From sequence record OZ035771.1: 64,000 bases of DNA; one strand, 5' to 3'. Position numbers and translations under genes: made by a program. Below, piece after piece: positions 35,334-44,249 of the stretch. Under the pieces are notes generated by a model. The model was not told where the DNA came from. It made no database searches and saw only the letters and a program-made list of their open reading frames with translations. The stretch is from Phapecoctavirus DIJ07P2. How positions within the stretch are numbered: position 1 is the stretch's first letter; every line of letters begins with the position of its first letter.

Positions 35334-35753
35334 ATGTTAGGTAAGATCAAAGCTTTTTTCAAACGTGTTATTGAAGGAAGTCCAACAGAAGGTGCATTAG
35401 GAAGATCCCTAACAGGAGAACCACTTGCCATAATTTCTATCAGTCGGCATGGTGGATATTCCATTCGACAAACACCTTTAGGTATAAAAGGTAGTATGCT
35501 TTCTTGGACAATATCTCAAGTTGGTGATAACAGGCTTGCAGCTATAGCATTGCTTCGTGGGGAGTATGACTATTGTTTATCAGCATCTTGTAAAAAGCAC
35601 CTTATAGAGCACATTAGAGACAGAGTAGAAAGAGAAGGCGGATACTTCTTCGAAACTAAGAGAAACCAACAAGGGACTCTTGACTTCACTAAGGTTTACT
35701 GGGACAATCATACTCGTCAAACTGTTGAACAAATTCTGGAGGAAAGATGTTAA
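35334..35753 (+). CDS. Hypothetical protein (139 aa)
   Basis: AAGGGGG RBS. Confidence 0.55.
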   Translation: MLGKIKAFFKRVIEGSPTEGALGRSLTGEPLAIISISRHGGYSIRQTPLGIKGSMLSWTISQVGDNRLAAIALLRGEYDYCLSASCKKHLIEHIRDRVEREGGYFFETKRNQQGTLDFTKVYWDNHTRQTVEQILEERC

Positions 35754-35956
35754 AAGCTTTTGCTATATACTCTACTGTAGGATTCTTTTATTGGATTATA
35801 GTTATTGTTGGATGTTGGTTAGGTTCTTGTGTTGTAATGGGAGAATGGTTAACATACAATGTATTTGAATGGGATGTAGTTTGTAGATCATTACTTGTTA
35901 TATGGACTGTTATTGTTTGTTGGATAACTGTTAGTCTAACATTGGATCTATACTGA
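35747..35956 (+). CDS. Small membrane protein (69 aa)
   Basis: Two hydrophobic segments. Confidence 0.45.
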   Translation: MLKAFAIYSTVGFFYWIIVIVGCWLGSCVVMGEWLTYNVFEWDVVCRSLLVIWTVIVCWITVSLTLDLY

Positions 35957-36053
35957 TTAATAGATGGTAGATAGATGATCATAGTTTATCTACCTTCACT
36001 TACGTTTCATACCTCACTATCGTGAGTAACATGAAACATTATTATATAGAAAT

Positions 36054-36116
36054 CTACTACTCGCTATCGCTCGTAAACATATGTTTAGGGTACCATATTT
36101 TTTTGAAAAAGTCAAT
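36054..36116. repeat. Intergenic repeat copy 2 (ACTCGCTATCGCTCG ... TTAGGGTACCATATTTTTTTGAAAAAGTCAA)
   Basis: Near-identical to 10308-10370, same orientation. Confidence 0.6.
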
Positions 36117-36249
36117 GCTGATTCACCTATCAATTATCTGTTTAAGATAAGTCTTACCTATCAATCTAAGTCTTAACTAGTATTGCACCTATAGTAAGAC
36201 TATTCCTATAGTTATTAACCCTCTTCTTCTGTAGAATGTAATTAGATCC

Positions 36250-36278
36250 TTGACAAACTCACAAAACTTGTGTTACAT
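36250..36278 (+). promoter_or_regulatory. Sigma70-type promoter (TTGACA, 17 nt, TTACAT)
   Basis: Precedes ORF at 36317 with AGGAGG RBS. Confidence 0.45.
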
Positions 36279-36316
36279 TGTGTCTCACAGGTGAATAATA
36301 CCGAACAGGAGGAAGA

Positions 36317-36532
36317 ATGAGTTCCAATTTTCTATACAAAGCAAAAGATTCACGAGATGGAGAGAACCATTGGTGGTTGATCACAGAAGATGGTGTTATC
36401 ATCCTACCGTGGGACGGAGAGACGAAAGTTCAAATATTAGAGAAAGTAAAAGGTGTTAGTTTTAATGTTAGTCATGACATAACAACTTTCAAAGCTTTTG
36501 CTATGAATCCTAGTCTTGTTGCTGAATGGTAA
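36317..36532 (+). CDS. Hypothetical protein (71 aa)
   Basis: ORF after promoter. Confidence 0.55.
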   Translation: MSSNFLYKAKDSRDGENHWWLITEDGVIILPWDGETKVQILEKVKGVSFNVSHDITTFKAFAMNPSLVAEW

Positions 36533-36545
36533 TCCAGGAGAAAAT

Positions 36546-36764
36546 ATGACTAAAATGTATGCAGCCGTTGATAAGCTGGATGGGTCTGATTCTGTTTTTA
36601 TTTTGAATAAAATGGGTGTCTTAGTTTATGCCCGAACTTCTCAAAACATAGAACACCAAGTGGAAGCAGCACAAATTTTAGAGCAAATAACCCCTCCATA
36701 CCTATACTCAAATGTTGAGCGTTTTAACGATGCACTTGGTTTGACGTTAATAGCGGAATGGTAA
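36546..36764 (+). CDS. Hypothetical protein (72 aa)
   Basis: Start at MTKMY after AGGAG. Confidence 0.5.
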   Translation: MTKMYAAVDKLDGSDSVFILNKMGVLVYARTSQNIEHQVEAAQILEQITPPYLYSNVERFNDALGLTLIAEW

Positions 36765-36964
36765 TAATGGCGAAAATGTTGGAAATTGATAATGTCGTAA
36801 CAATCACTACGTCCATACCTTGTCCTCCTATGCCTTGCCCCTATTGTGGTGGTGCAGGATATGTTATGGCGGATGTAGGTCAAATTTACGAGTGTAACCC
36901 GTGCAAAACCACAGGCTATATCGAAATAGAATCAGAGGAGAAACACTATGAGCCAAAACGCTAA
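36758..36964 (+). CDS. Small Cys-rich protein (68 aa)
   Basis: CPPMPCPYCGG...CNPCKTTG zinc-ribbon-like. Confidence 0.5.
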   Translation: MVIMAKMLEIDNVVTITTSIPCPPMPCPYCGGAGYVMADVGQIYECNPCKTTGYIEIESEEKHYEPKR

Positions 36965-37397
36965 AGAAAAAGAAGTAATCACGGTAATCCGTCAGATGGA
37001 AGGTGCCGAAAACAATGCTTTTGTTACTAAGATTCTTCTTAATATCTTTGAAGATATTATTTTAAACAATCCTGGTCATAAAGATTATCAGTATGATGTT
37101 ATGATGGGTGCTTTGCTTGAGATTAACAAAAACACTTTTGCTGAATATGAGCAACACATGCTTTTACCAGAGGAAGATCAGGATTATTTGTTATCTGGTG
37201 CTTTAAGTGCACAAGAAAATTTCTACCACGTTCTTAATATGGCTTATGCAGATGAACTTGCTGTTTCCCTTGAAGAGCGTATTCAAATGGTTCGTGATGT
37301 GATGAATGAACAAATCCAAGAAGTTGAAGACTTGGTAGCAGAACCTTTAGCAGAAATTCGTGCAGCTATTGAAAAACAAAAAGGAACTCAATCATGA
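36948..37397 (+). CDS. Hypothetical acidic protein (149 aa)
   Basis: ORF in operon. Confidence 0.55.
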   Translation: MSQNAKEKEVITVIRQMEGAENNAFVTKILLNIFEDIILNNPGHKDYQYDVMMGALLEINKNTFAEYEQHMLLPEEDQDYLLSGALSAQENFYHVLNMAYADELAVSLEERIQMVRDVMNEQIQEVEDLVAEPLAEIRAAIEKQKGTQS

Positions 37398-37561
37398 TGC
37401 AAGTAGGTGATGTGGTTTGCCTTAAAGGTGCAAACAAACAAATGACAGTAATAGAAAGTTATGGTGAATCTTGTAAAGTAACTTGGTTCGATGAAAACGG
37501 GGAATTGCAACACGCCATATTCGATCAAAAAGCTTTGAGGAAGGTTGAAGAAAAAGAATGA
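37394..37561 (+). CDS. Small hypothetical protein (55 aa), self-derived
   Basis: AAGGA RBS; ATGA coupling to next gene. Confidence 0.45.
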   Translation: MMQVGDVVCLKGANKQMTVIESYGESCKVTWFDENGELQHAIFDQKALRKVEEKE

Positions 37562-37821
37562 GCCATCCGTCAATATTTTTCTGTTTTGTAGATCTTGAAA
37601 ACGAGTCTTTAATCGTTGATAGTGAGGGTTACTTCACTTATTGGGAATCCGAGCACGAAACTATAAGCGTAGTGAAAGAAATTATGCAAACTAATCCAAA
37701 CCTACCAGCACATAAGTACGGTATTGCAAAAGTGTTTGTTACTAAAACAGAGTACACAAAAGAGCGAAGCACTTTGTATCATAATATTGAAGTGATTCAC
37801 TATTTCAAAGATGTTATTTAG
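37558..37821 (+). CDS. Hypothetical protein (87 aa)
   Basis: ATGA-coupled. Confidence 0.5.
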   Translation: MSHPSIFFCFVDLENESLIVDSEGYFTYWESEHETISVVKEIMQTNPNLPAHKYGIAKVFVTKTEYTKERSTLYHNIEVIHYFKDVI

Positions 37822-37829
37822 GAGGTTAT

Positions 37830-38438
37830 ATGGAAGAGAAGATTTGGGATGGTAAAGATCCTTTAGAAGTGGGACATGTAGCACGTGTCAAAAAATCTAC
37901 TACAGGCCCTGGTTTTTCTGGTTCGTATCATATACCAGAAGAGGGTCAGCACGTTACAATTTTGGCTCGTGACAAACAAAACGGAGCAACGCCTGTGTGG
38001 ATTGTTCGTTGGTATGACAAAGATCTTAACATTTGCTTGTCACCTATTATGGCTCATTTGCTGGAAGCCCCTTGCTCTGAAGAAGCTCTCATTTTTGTTT
38101 CGGCTTTTCAGAAAGCCACAGGTTTAACATTAGATGCAAAAGATGTGCAAAAAGCATTTGACATTATTCAGGAAGACAACGATACTACATCTAACGACGA
38201 ACTGGTTGAAGTTACAATCTTATCTTCAGCAGATATTCGAGAGATTGATAATTGTGATTTTCCAATCACATTTAAAATGTCACAGAAAGACGTGCAGTCA
38301 TCTGGAAGTTGTTTTGGTATACCTCGTTGGTTTTTTGATTCTATCAAAAATTCTACTACAGAGGGATCAGATTATGATCAAGATGACATGCTTTGGTTCT
38401 TAAAAAACCGAGAGATTGTTCTCTCACCACTTAAGTAA
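37830..38438 (+). CDS. Hypothetical protein (202 aa)
   Basis: GGAGG RBS. Confidence 0.55.
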   Translation: MEEKIWDGKDPLEVGHVARVKKSTTGPGFSGSYHIPEEGQHVTILARDKQNGATPVWIVRWYDKDLNICLSPIMAHLLEAPCSEEALIFVSAFQKATGLTLDAKDVQKAFDIIQEDNDTTSNDELVEVTILSSADIREIDNCDFPITFKMSQKDVQSSGSCFGIPRWFFDSIKNSTTEGSDYDQDDMLWFLKNREIVLSPLK

Positions 38439-38447
38439 GGAGAAATA

Positions 38448-38549
38448 ATGGTTTCATTTATCGTAGGTGTAGTTGTAGGCTATCTTATTAACAAATATCA
38501 AGACGTTATCACGGCAAAAGTAAAAGACATTTTAGACTCATCTAAATAA
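38448..38549 (+). CDS. Micro-ORF membrane peptide (33 aa), self-derived
   Basis: AAGGAG RBS; MVSFIVGVVVGYLINKYQDVITAKVKDILDSSK. Confidence 0.4.
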   Translation: MVSFIVGVVVGYLINKYQDVITAKVKDILDSSK

Positions 38550-38574
38550 TCTATCAAAGCTGCATCTTCAATAG

Positions 38575-38775
38575 GTGCAGCCTTTTAAAAGGAGATACGG
38601 CATGACTAAACGCACTGATTTTAAATGTATGCATTGTGGGAAATCTTTTGGGGATCATCAAGCTCGCACATTCAATTGTCCACGTAAAGGTCGCGGAAAT
38701 TTTAAAGGTTTTAATACCGCACATGTTTATTCTCCAGATTACGATAAACCAGAAGAAGAAAAATTTGTTATTTAA
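38575..38775 (+). CDS. Small Cys-containing basic protein (66 aa)
   Basis: CMHCGKSFGDHQARTFNCP zinc-finger-like. Confidence 0.5.
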   Translation: MQPFKRRYGMTKRTDFKCMHCGKSFGDHQARTFNCPRKGRGNFKGFNTAHVYSPDYDKPEEEKFVI

Positions 38776-38787
38776 TAAGGAGGTAAT

Positions 38788-39069
38788 ATGGAACTCGTTC
38801 AAGAACTGTATAATGCTTTAGGAGCAAAAGGAAAAGATTGGCCCGAACATGCGCTTATTGCTATAAGAGACTCCGATGGTGAGATTAAGTTTTCAAGCGT
38901 AAGTAAAGAGCACATTGTACAAACAAAACTGGGTATTTATATGCGTGGAACTTATTGCTTATTCAACACCAGAATGGTAGAAGCCCCTGTTATCGAGGAT
39001 GGAACAAAAGGTTGCCCCACAATCGTAACAAAAGCTGAATATGAGAAGTTTTTCTACGCTAAGGCTTGA
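38788..39069 (+). CDS. Hypothetical protein (93 aa)
   Basis: AAGGAGG RBS. Confidence 0.55.
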   Translation: MELVQELYNALGAKGKDWPEHALIAIRDSDGEIKFSSVSKEHIVQTKLGIYMRGTYCLFNTRMVEAPVIEDGTKGCPTIVTKAEYEKFFYAKA

Positions 39070-39113
39070 CACAGAAACAATACTATAGGATAGTGATTCT
39101 ATCGTAGCAATAG

Positions 39114-39136
39114 AACCCGCTTCGGCGGGTTTTTTC
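39114..39136 (+). terminator. Intrinsic terminator (ACCCGC-TTCG-GCGGGT + TTTTTT)
   Basis: Identical hairpin to 16018; strong T-tract. Confidence 0.65.
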
Positions 39137-39160
39137 ATATCTGTAGCAATAGGAGGTCGT

Positions 39161-39391
39161 GTGTTAAATAAAATCGAAGAAGGTTGTATGGCATTTTTGG
39201 TAGATAACCCGTTTCCGTTTATGGTTAAGATCCACATAGGAGAGTATTTAGGTAATGACGAATGGGATTGTAGTATCAATAGTGAAATGCACCACTACCA
39301 ACCAACAATCCTTAAGACGGATCAAATGGCGCGTATTACAGTAGAGGATGAATTGATTATTGAGTTATACGAGAGAGCACTACACAAGTAA
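39161..39391 (+). CDS. Hypothetical protein (76 aa, GTG start)
   Basis: AGGAGG RBS. Confidence 0.45.
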   Translation: MLNKIEEGCMAFLVDNPFPFMVKIHIGEYLGNDEWDCSINSEMHHYQPTILKTDQMARITVEDELIIELYERALHK

Positions 39392-39460
39392 GCTAGAACC
39401 CACCTAAATCAAACAGAGACGCTCTAAAATAGGAAAGGCACCCAAGTGGGTGCCTTTATT

Positions 39461-39733
39461 TTATTCTTCGTTAGATTGCGTTTCAGACGCGTTAAATTCG
39501 GTTTCAGTACAACTTGCTAGGTAACTTATGTTTTGCATCACTACAACTACAGGTGTTTTAAGTTTATCTTCTAGCCCAGCAGCCACTTGAGCCAAGGCAT
39601 TATCAATATTTGATTTCCTAACACCTGTTCCATGCCCTGTTGCCAAGTAAAGATTACCTTCCCCTTTTTGTGTAGCATTAGCAAAGTAGTAAACGTAATG
39701 TGCAAGGTAGTAATCACGGATTTCTTCAGTCAT
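39461..39733 (-). CDS. Hypothetical protein (90 aa)
   Basis: Last gene of the leftward block. Confidence 0.5.
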   Translation of the reverse strand: MTEEIRDYYLAHYVYYFANATQKGEGNLYLATGHGTGVRKSNIDNALAQVAAGLEDKLKTPVVVVMQNISYLASCTETEFNASETQSNEE

Positions 39734-39747
39734 TTTATTCTCCTAAT

Positions 39748-39767
39748 AAGAAAGGGGCCGAAGCCCC
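39748..39767 (-). terminator. Intrinsic terminator on minus strand (AGGGGC-TTCG-GCCCCT + T-tract)
   Basis: Lies between SIR2 stop and next RBS. Confidence 0.55.
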
Positions 39768-39776
39768 TTGAGTGGT

Positions 39777-40577
39777 TTATTTGTTTAAATGGTCTTCAAC
39801 CATTTTGATAAAGCCTTCATCACTGAAGACTGTTCCTGCTTTCTCTCGGTAGACAAGCACTCCACGTTCTTCGTAGAGAGTTTGTTCTACAAAATTCAAA
39901 CCTGGGTTAACTACAACCATCTTAACCCCAATATTCAGGGCAGGGAAGAGTTCCCAGTTGAAGTTGATTACTTGGTTAGAGCAGCCTACAACGATAACCA
40001 TATCTTGTGATGTTAGTTGATCCAGTTTGTGATACATGTCTGTGTAGAGCGGTGCATTCTCACCAAAAAACACCACATTAGGCTTCACATATTTGTAATC
40101 GTCTACATCAATAGCTGCGTAACCCACATCTTTGATAATTTTGTTATCAACAACAACTTCTGGCAAGAAACCATGAACGTGCAATATTTCTTCTCTATCG
40201 ATTCCAGCGCGTTCTAATAGATCGTCAACGTTAGTAGTGATGTTAATAATCCTTTCTGCACCGTATTTTTCGAACCATTCTCCAATCTGAAGATGTGCTG
40301 GATTCGGGTCAACTTTCTCTAATTCCACGCGACGTTTATTGTAGAAGTCGTGAGTTTTACGGTAGAGGTTATATCCTTCCACATCTAAGCCACCCATAGC
40401 ATCAGGAATACCCTGTTCTTGCTGATAACCGGCACGGAAGTTGAAAATGTCACAAACCTCAGAAAGATCATAAGAAGACCATAACGCCTCCCCTGAAGAA
40501 GTATCTGTTCTAAAAGCTGGGATACCGCTATCCACAGATAGTCCTGCGCCAGTTATGAATATGACTCTACGCGGCAT
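39777..40577 (-). CDS. SIR2-family (sirtuin-like) NAD-dependent protein, zinc-ribbon-less
   Basis: GAGLSVDSGIPAFR, TTNVDDLLERAG, LHVHG, VVFFGE, VVGCSNQV motifs; no CxxC pairs. Confidence 0.7.
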   Translation of the reverse strand: MPRRVIFITGAGLSVDSGIPAFRTDTSSGEALWSSYDLSEVCDIFNFRAGYQQEQGIPDAMGGLDVEGYNLYRKTHDFYNKRRVELEKVDPNPAHLQIGEWFEKYGAERIINITTNVDDLLERAGIDREEILHVHGFLPEVVVDNKIIKDVGYAAIDVDDYKYVKPNVVFFGENAPLYTDMYHKLDQLTSQDMVIVVGCSNQVINFNWELFPALNIGVKMVVVNPGLNFVEQTLYEERGVLVYREKAGTVFSDEGFIKMVEDHLNK

Positions 40578-41307
40578 AAATCTCCTCCTTATATTTTTCG
40601 CAAATGCTTTTATTTGCAGGTTTATATTTTTCTTTCATCACCTTCAATCTTAGCTTCTCCAGAGCTATAGCACATCTCTCTGGATCGTTGAAACCATATT
40701 TGCAATACGTGGTCTTGTCAAACACAAACTTGAAAAAGAATGTTCTCTCTCTTGTTGCCACAAACACACAACTTAATCCTGAAGTGTTATCTATACGCTT
40801 CTTTTCTTTTTTGATATAAGATCCTTTCAAAATTTCTTGTTTTGCTAAAGCTCTAGCTACAATAGCTTCCTCTTTAGTTTTGAAACCTGAAACAGAGAAA
40901 GTTTCTTGGTTGTAGTTTATAACCCAAAGAAAAACACCATCCTTTTCATAAATACCTTCTAACCCATCCACATGTCTATTATTATTATTTAATAAATAGT
41001 TACTATCTAATAAATTACTTTCCGCATTATTAAGTTTATTGCCGTCGTCATGGTCTATAACATCTGGACAGTAATTATGGTACATTTTAAAACAAACTCT
41101 GTGCTCCAAGTATACAATACCATCTATTTTGACATGAGAGTAACCAACTTTATCAATAGTCCCTGCAATCTTCCCTGCGTATCTGCTATTCCACCTTTTG
41201 TTCTCTTTTGTTGTAGAAGGTTTAGGTTTCCAAACAAGACGACCATTCTCCACACTAAACCTTGATAACAAGTAATCTCTATCTGGTAAGGGTTTTCGTT
41301 CTATCAT
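40567..41307 (-). CDS. Freestanding homing endonuclease (HNH with AP2-like DNA-binding domain)
   Basis: HRVCFKMYHN...IDHDDGNKLNN HNH-like motif and VSGFKTKEEAIVARALAKQE AP2-like segment; overlaps SIR2 start by 11 nt. Confidence 0.65.
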   Translation of the reverse strand: MIERKPLPDRDYLLSRFSVENGRLVWKPKPSTTKENKRWNSRYAGKIAGTIDKVGYSHVKIDGIVYLEHRVCFKMYHNYCPDVIDHDDGNKLNNAESNLLDSNYLLNNNNRHVDGLEGIYEKDGVFLWVINYNQETFSVSGFKTKEEAIVARALAKQEILKGSYIKKEKKRIDNTSGLSCVFVATRERTFFFKFVFDKTTYCKYGFNDPERCAIALEKLRLKVMKEKYKPANKSICEKYKEEIYAA

Positions 41308-41792
41308 TCACCCTCGTCCTCCTCAAATGGATCATAAGAATCATATTCGTAAGTATCATCTTCTGAAAATTCTACTTCAAAGTAAATATCAAACTCTGCA
41401 AACAAACGTAGAATGTTGGACATGCTGTAATAGTTATCATAAGCTTCCTCTGCTTCATAGTAGAGGCGTAGCAAACGTTCAGCTTCTTCATCTTCTACCC
41501 ATTTATGATCGACATAGACAGAAGCAGCGTAGGTATTGTAGGCTTGTTCCCGAATATCGACAAGATTTCGGCTCAACAGTTCAGGGAAGTCCTTATAATT
41601 TACATTCAGTCTTCCGCATAACCACAAAGCAATATCATGCCAATCTGCATCCATACCACTAAAGCAACTTGCTTCTTCTCCAAAAGAAGCTTCTCCTAAA
41701 TCACCACTAATACGAACAACATTAGATGAATTATAGCCACACGTTTCACAATCAGAGTAACTATTATGCACATTGATATTTACTTGAAACAT
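41304..41792 (-). CDS. Hypothetical acidic protein (162 aa)
   Basis: ATGA-coupled. Confidence 0.5.
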   Translation of the reverse strand: MFQVNINVHNSYSDCETCGYNSSNVVRISGDLGEASFGEEASCFSGMDADWHDIALWLCGRLNVNYKDFPELLSRNLVDIREQAYNTYAASVYVDHKWVEDEEAERLLRLYYEAEEAYDNYYSMSNILRLFAEFDIYFEVEFSEDDTYEYDSYDPFEEDEGE

Positions 41793-41803
41793 ATTCCCTC
41801 CTA

Positions 41804-41835
41804 TAAAAGAAAAGCCCCCTGAAACAGGAGGCTTT
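41804..41835 (-). terminator. Putative minus-strand terminator hairpin
   Basis: AGCCTCCTG-TTTC-AGGGGGCT then TTTCTTTT on minus strand. Confidence 0.45.
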
Positions 41836-41850
41836 GTTCAGATGTTGGCA

Positions 41851-42501
41851 CTATACCAGACTTTGTAGGTATTTGTCAAGGGCTTCTTGATCACCTTGGC
41901 AAACATAGCAACGAAAGTCTTTAACAGATGGTACTTTATTCTCATCCCAGTCCCACATTATATTACCTTTGTAACGTGAACTAGGGAAGTCGAAAAATGC
42001 TGTATGGGTGATGTGGTGTGGACCGCCCCAAACCTCTGTAAAGGTGAACTGCGGATACGCTACCTTCACCGCCTCCATAAACCAAGCTTTACGAATCAAA
42101 GCATTGTTGATAAAATGCGCGTGACGTTCCATTTCTTCCCAGTTCTTCCACACACTTTTCTCGTCAAGGGAGAATACAAGATCCTCTTCAATATACAAGC
42201 CATCTTCGCATTCATCAAAATCTGCCTCAAGACCTCCTACAGGTTCGTCGAGTCTAACACCATCAAAAGCAGAATATACCCACCAACCATCTTCCAGTAA
42301 GGCTTTGATAGGGACGAAGCCTTTATCAGCATATTGATCGAATTGTTTGACACGGTGGCTTGTGCAGTCTTCAAACTCACATTCTAAACGATATGCACCT
42401 TTTCGACGAGCCTCAAGACCGTGTGTACTGAAAATAACAACACTTCCTTCACCATCATTACGATCTACTTGATAAGCAACCACTGGTTTTGAATTTGACA
42501 T
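41851..42501 (-). CDS. Hypothetical protein (216 aa)
   Basis: ORF in operon. Confidence 0.55.
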   Translation of the reverse strand: MSNSKPVVAYQVDRNDGEGSVVIFSTHGLEARRKGAYRLECEFEDCTSHRVKQFDQYADKGFVPIKALLEDGWWVYSAFDGVRLDEPVGGLEADFDECEDGLYIEEDLVFSLDEKSVWKNWEEMERHAHFINNALIRKAWFMEAVKVAYPQFTFTEVWGGPHHITHTAFFDFPSSRYKGNIMWDWDENKVPSVKDFRCYVCQGDQEALDKYLQSLV

Positions 42502-43184
42502 TATTTCTCCTTATCTAGAAGATTGTTAGACAAAAACACTGCACGAGCAAAACCACGTGCGGTTAGTGATCTAAGTTGTTTTGTTTTTGCACTAGCTCCA
42601 CCTAAGCTTTTCCAACCCCAGAAGCAGCCTATATGATCTACTGGTTTCTTCACTGGTTGAACAAAACCATTGCCGTGCCAAATACAAGTTTTCTTTGTAT
42701 ACCCATCACGGGTAGGCATTTTAGGATGAAAGCTTCCTTCCTCTTCAAACAAATACCCACCATACTCATAAGGATCAAAGTAAAAATCTGGTTTACGCCA
42801 TAAGGTTGAAAGTTTACCTACTGGGTTCTCAATCATCCAAGGAACATTATATTTGTTACCCAAAGCTTCCACTACACGAATATTAGCTAAAGCTTCATCT
42901 AATTCCTCTGTGCTACGTTCGTGTTTGCTACCACTACCTGCTAACATAGTGCAAGGTGGAAATCCAAAAATAATATCGGGTTTAGGTATTCCATGATCTT
43001 CAGGGTTGAATGTAGAATCTATCCAAGCATTCACATAGGTTATGTTTGGGTGCTCCATCCTAACCTCGTATTTACCGTGATCCCCTTCATCAGCGTTTAC
43101 ACAAAAACACTTGTGACCTGCTTCGGCATAACGTAACACCATGATCCCAGATCCGTCAAACATAGACAAAACTGTTTTACTCAT
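42501..43184 (-). CDS. Short C5-methyltransferase-like protein
   Basis: Motif I-like SMFDGSG, motif IV-like FGFPPC (Pro-Cys), motif VI-like ENPVG; only ~227 aa; start moved to M15 after GGAGGGG RBS. Confidence 0.45.
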   Translation of the reverse strand: MSKTVLSMFDGSGIMVLRYAEAGHKCFCVNADEGDHGKYEVRMEHPNITYVNAWIDSTFNPEDHGIPKPDIIFGFPPCTMLAGSGSKHERSTEELDEALANIRVVEALGNKYNVPWMIENPVGKLSTLWRKPDFYFDPYEYGGYLFEEEGSFHPKMPTRDGYTKKTCIWHGNGFVQPVKKPVDHIGCFWGWKSLGGASAKTKQLRSLTARGFARAVFLSNNLLDKEK

Positions 43185-43575
43185 TACCCCTCCATTCAAG
43201 ACAAGCCATAACTTTACGCCAATCACTTTCTGTTAGGAAGATCTGTTCTGAACTGATCCACAAATCTAAATCTTCTACATCTGGAAGGCGGTAGCGTAAC
43301 TCCAAGAGATCATGTTCTTCAGGAGAAATGTATCCCAAATGTTCTGCCATATCGTGGAACCAAGCCCAACCGTGCATATTTTTAACTACATGCTCTCGTT
43401 GCGTCATGACTTTACGTTTCAGTCCAAACCAAGAAGTGATTACCACTTTACTCTCTCGGAGACGTTTGTCAATAGCCACTGTTTCTTTTTCGATACTCAA
43501 CAACTTCACTCTTGCTTTGTTGAGATCCGCATGTGTTACTTTGAAGTAACTTTGTGACTGATCACACCAACCCAT
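43177..43575 (-). CDS. Hypothetical protein (132 aa)
   Basis: ORF in operon. Confidence 0.5.
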   Translation of the reverse strand: MGWCDQSQSYFKVTHADLNKARVKLLSIEKETVAIDKRLRESKVVITSWFGLKRKVMTQREHVVKNMHGWAWFHDMAEHLGYISPEEHDLLELRYRLPDVEDLDLWISSEQIFLTESDWRKVMACLEWRGNE

Positions 43576-43576
43576 A

Positions 43577-44248
43577 TCAATAACCTCCTTCGTAAGGTTT
43601 CACCTTAGCCCTATCATAATATAACATCTCTGCCTCCTTCCGTTTACGAATAGCTTCTTCTTTACTGTTACCATAGTATAAACTAATATGCTCTCCATTG
43701 ACTCGGATGTATGCAATCCATTTGCCCCTATCTTTTCTGTATTTTACCCCACAAATACCGGATAGATTATCTTTCCTTAGTTTTTGATCATAAGATTGCA
43801 TTGCGAGTGAAGCCCACTCACAGGTTTCTTTGCTATAAACATCAGCAGAATTAATTCTGTTTAAGGTTGTGTTTTGTGGTCTACTACCCATATCCTCAAC
43901 GAAATTCAAAAAACCTAAGTCCCCCTTCTCTAACCATCTACAGCATACAGAAACTCCACTACCTCCATACTTAGGATAATTCGGTGAGTTCTCATTGGTG
44001 CACCTGTCTATCATGGCATTGTAGGAATTATATGTATATCTATCCTCAATGAACTTGTAATGGTAACGCTCACAACCACAAGATTTAGTTTTACCAGATT
44101 TTAATCTTTCGGCTGTAGTAACAAACTTCTCACCGCAATGACAAATACAATTCCATTTTGTAGATCGTCCAGTCTCCTTAATTGCTACATCAAGAACTGT
44201 TATACCATTGAATACCATTCCAGACAGGTTTTCTAATTTCCTCCCCAT
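43577..44248 (-). CDS. Freestanding homing endonuclease-like protein with AP2-like domain
   Basis: Cys cluster CICHCGEKF...SCGCE and ICGVKYRKDRGKWIAYIRVNGEHISLYYGNSKEEAIRKRKE AP2-like segment; start moved to M27. Confidence 0.55.
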   Translation of the reverse strand: MGRKLENLSGMVFNGITVLDVAIKETGRSTKWNCICHCGEKFVTTAERLKSGKTKSCGCERYHYKFIEDRYTYNSYNAMIDRCTNENSPNYPKYGGSGVSVCCRWLEKGDLGFLNFVEDMGSRPQNTTLNRINSADVYSKETCEWASLAMQSYDQKLRKDNLSGICGVKYRKDRGKWIAYIRVNGEHISLYYGNSKEEAIRKRKEAEMLYYDRAKVKPYEGGY

Positions 44249-44249
44249 A

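Noticed and set aside
39066-39095. TTGACA box overlapping the stop of the 38788-39069 gene
   Set aside because: A strong terminator follows about 45 nt downstream before any gene, so a functional promoter here is unlikely unless it makes a very short RNA.
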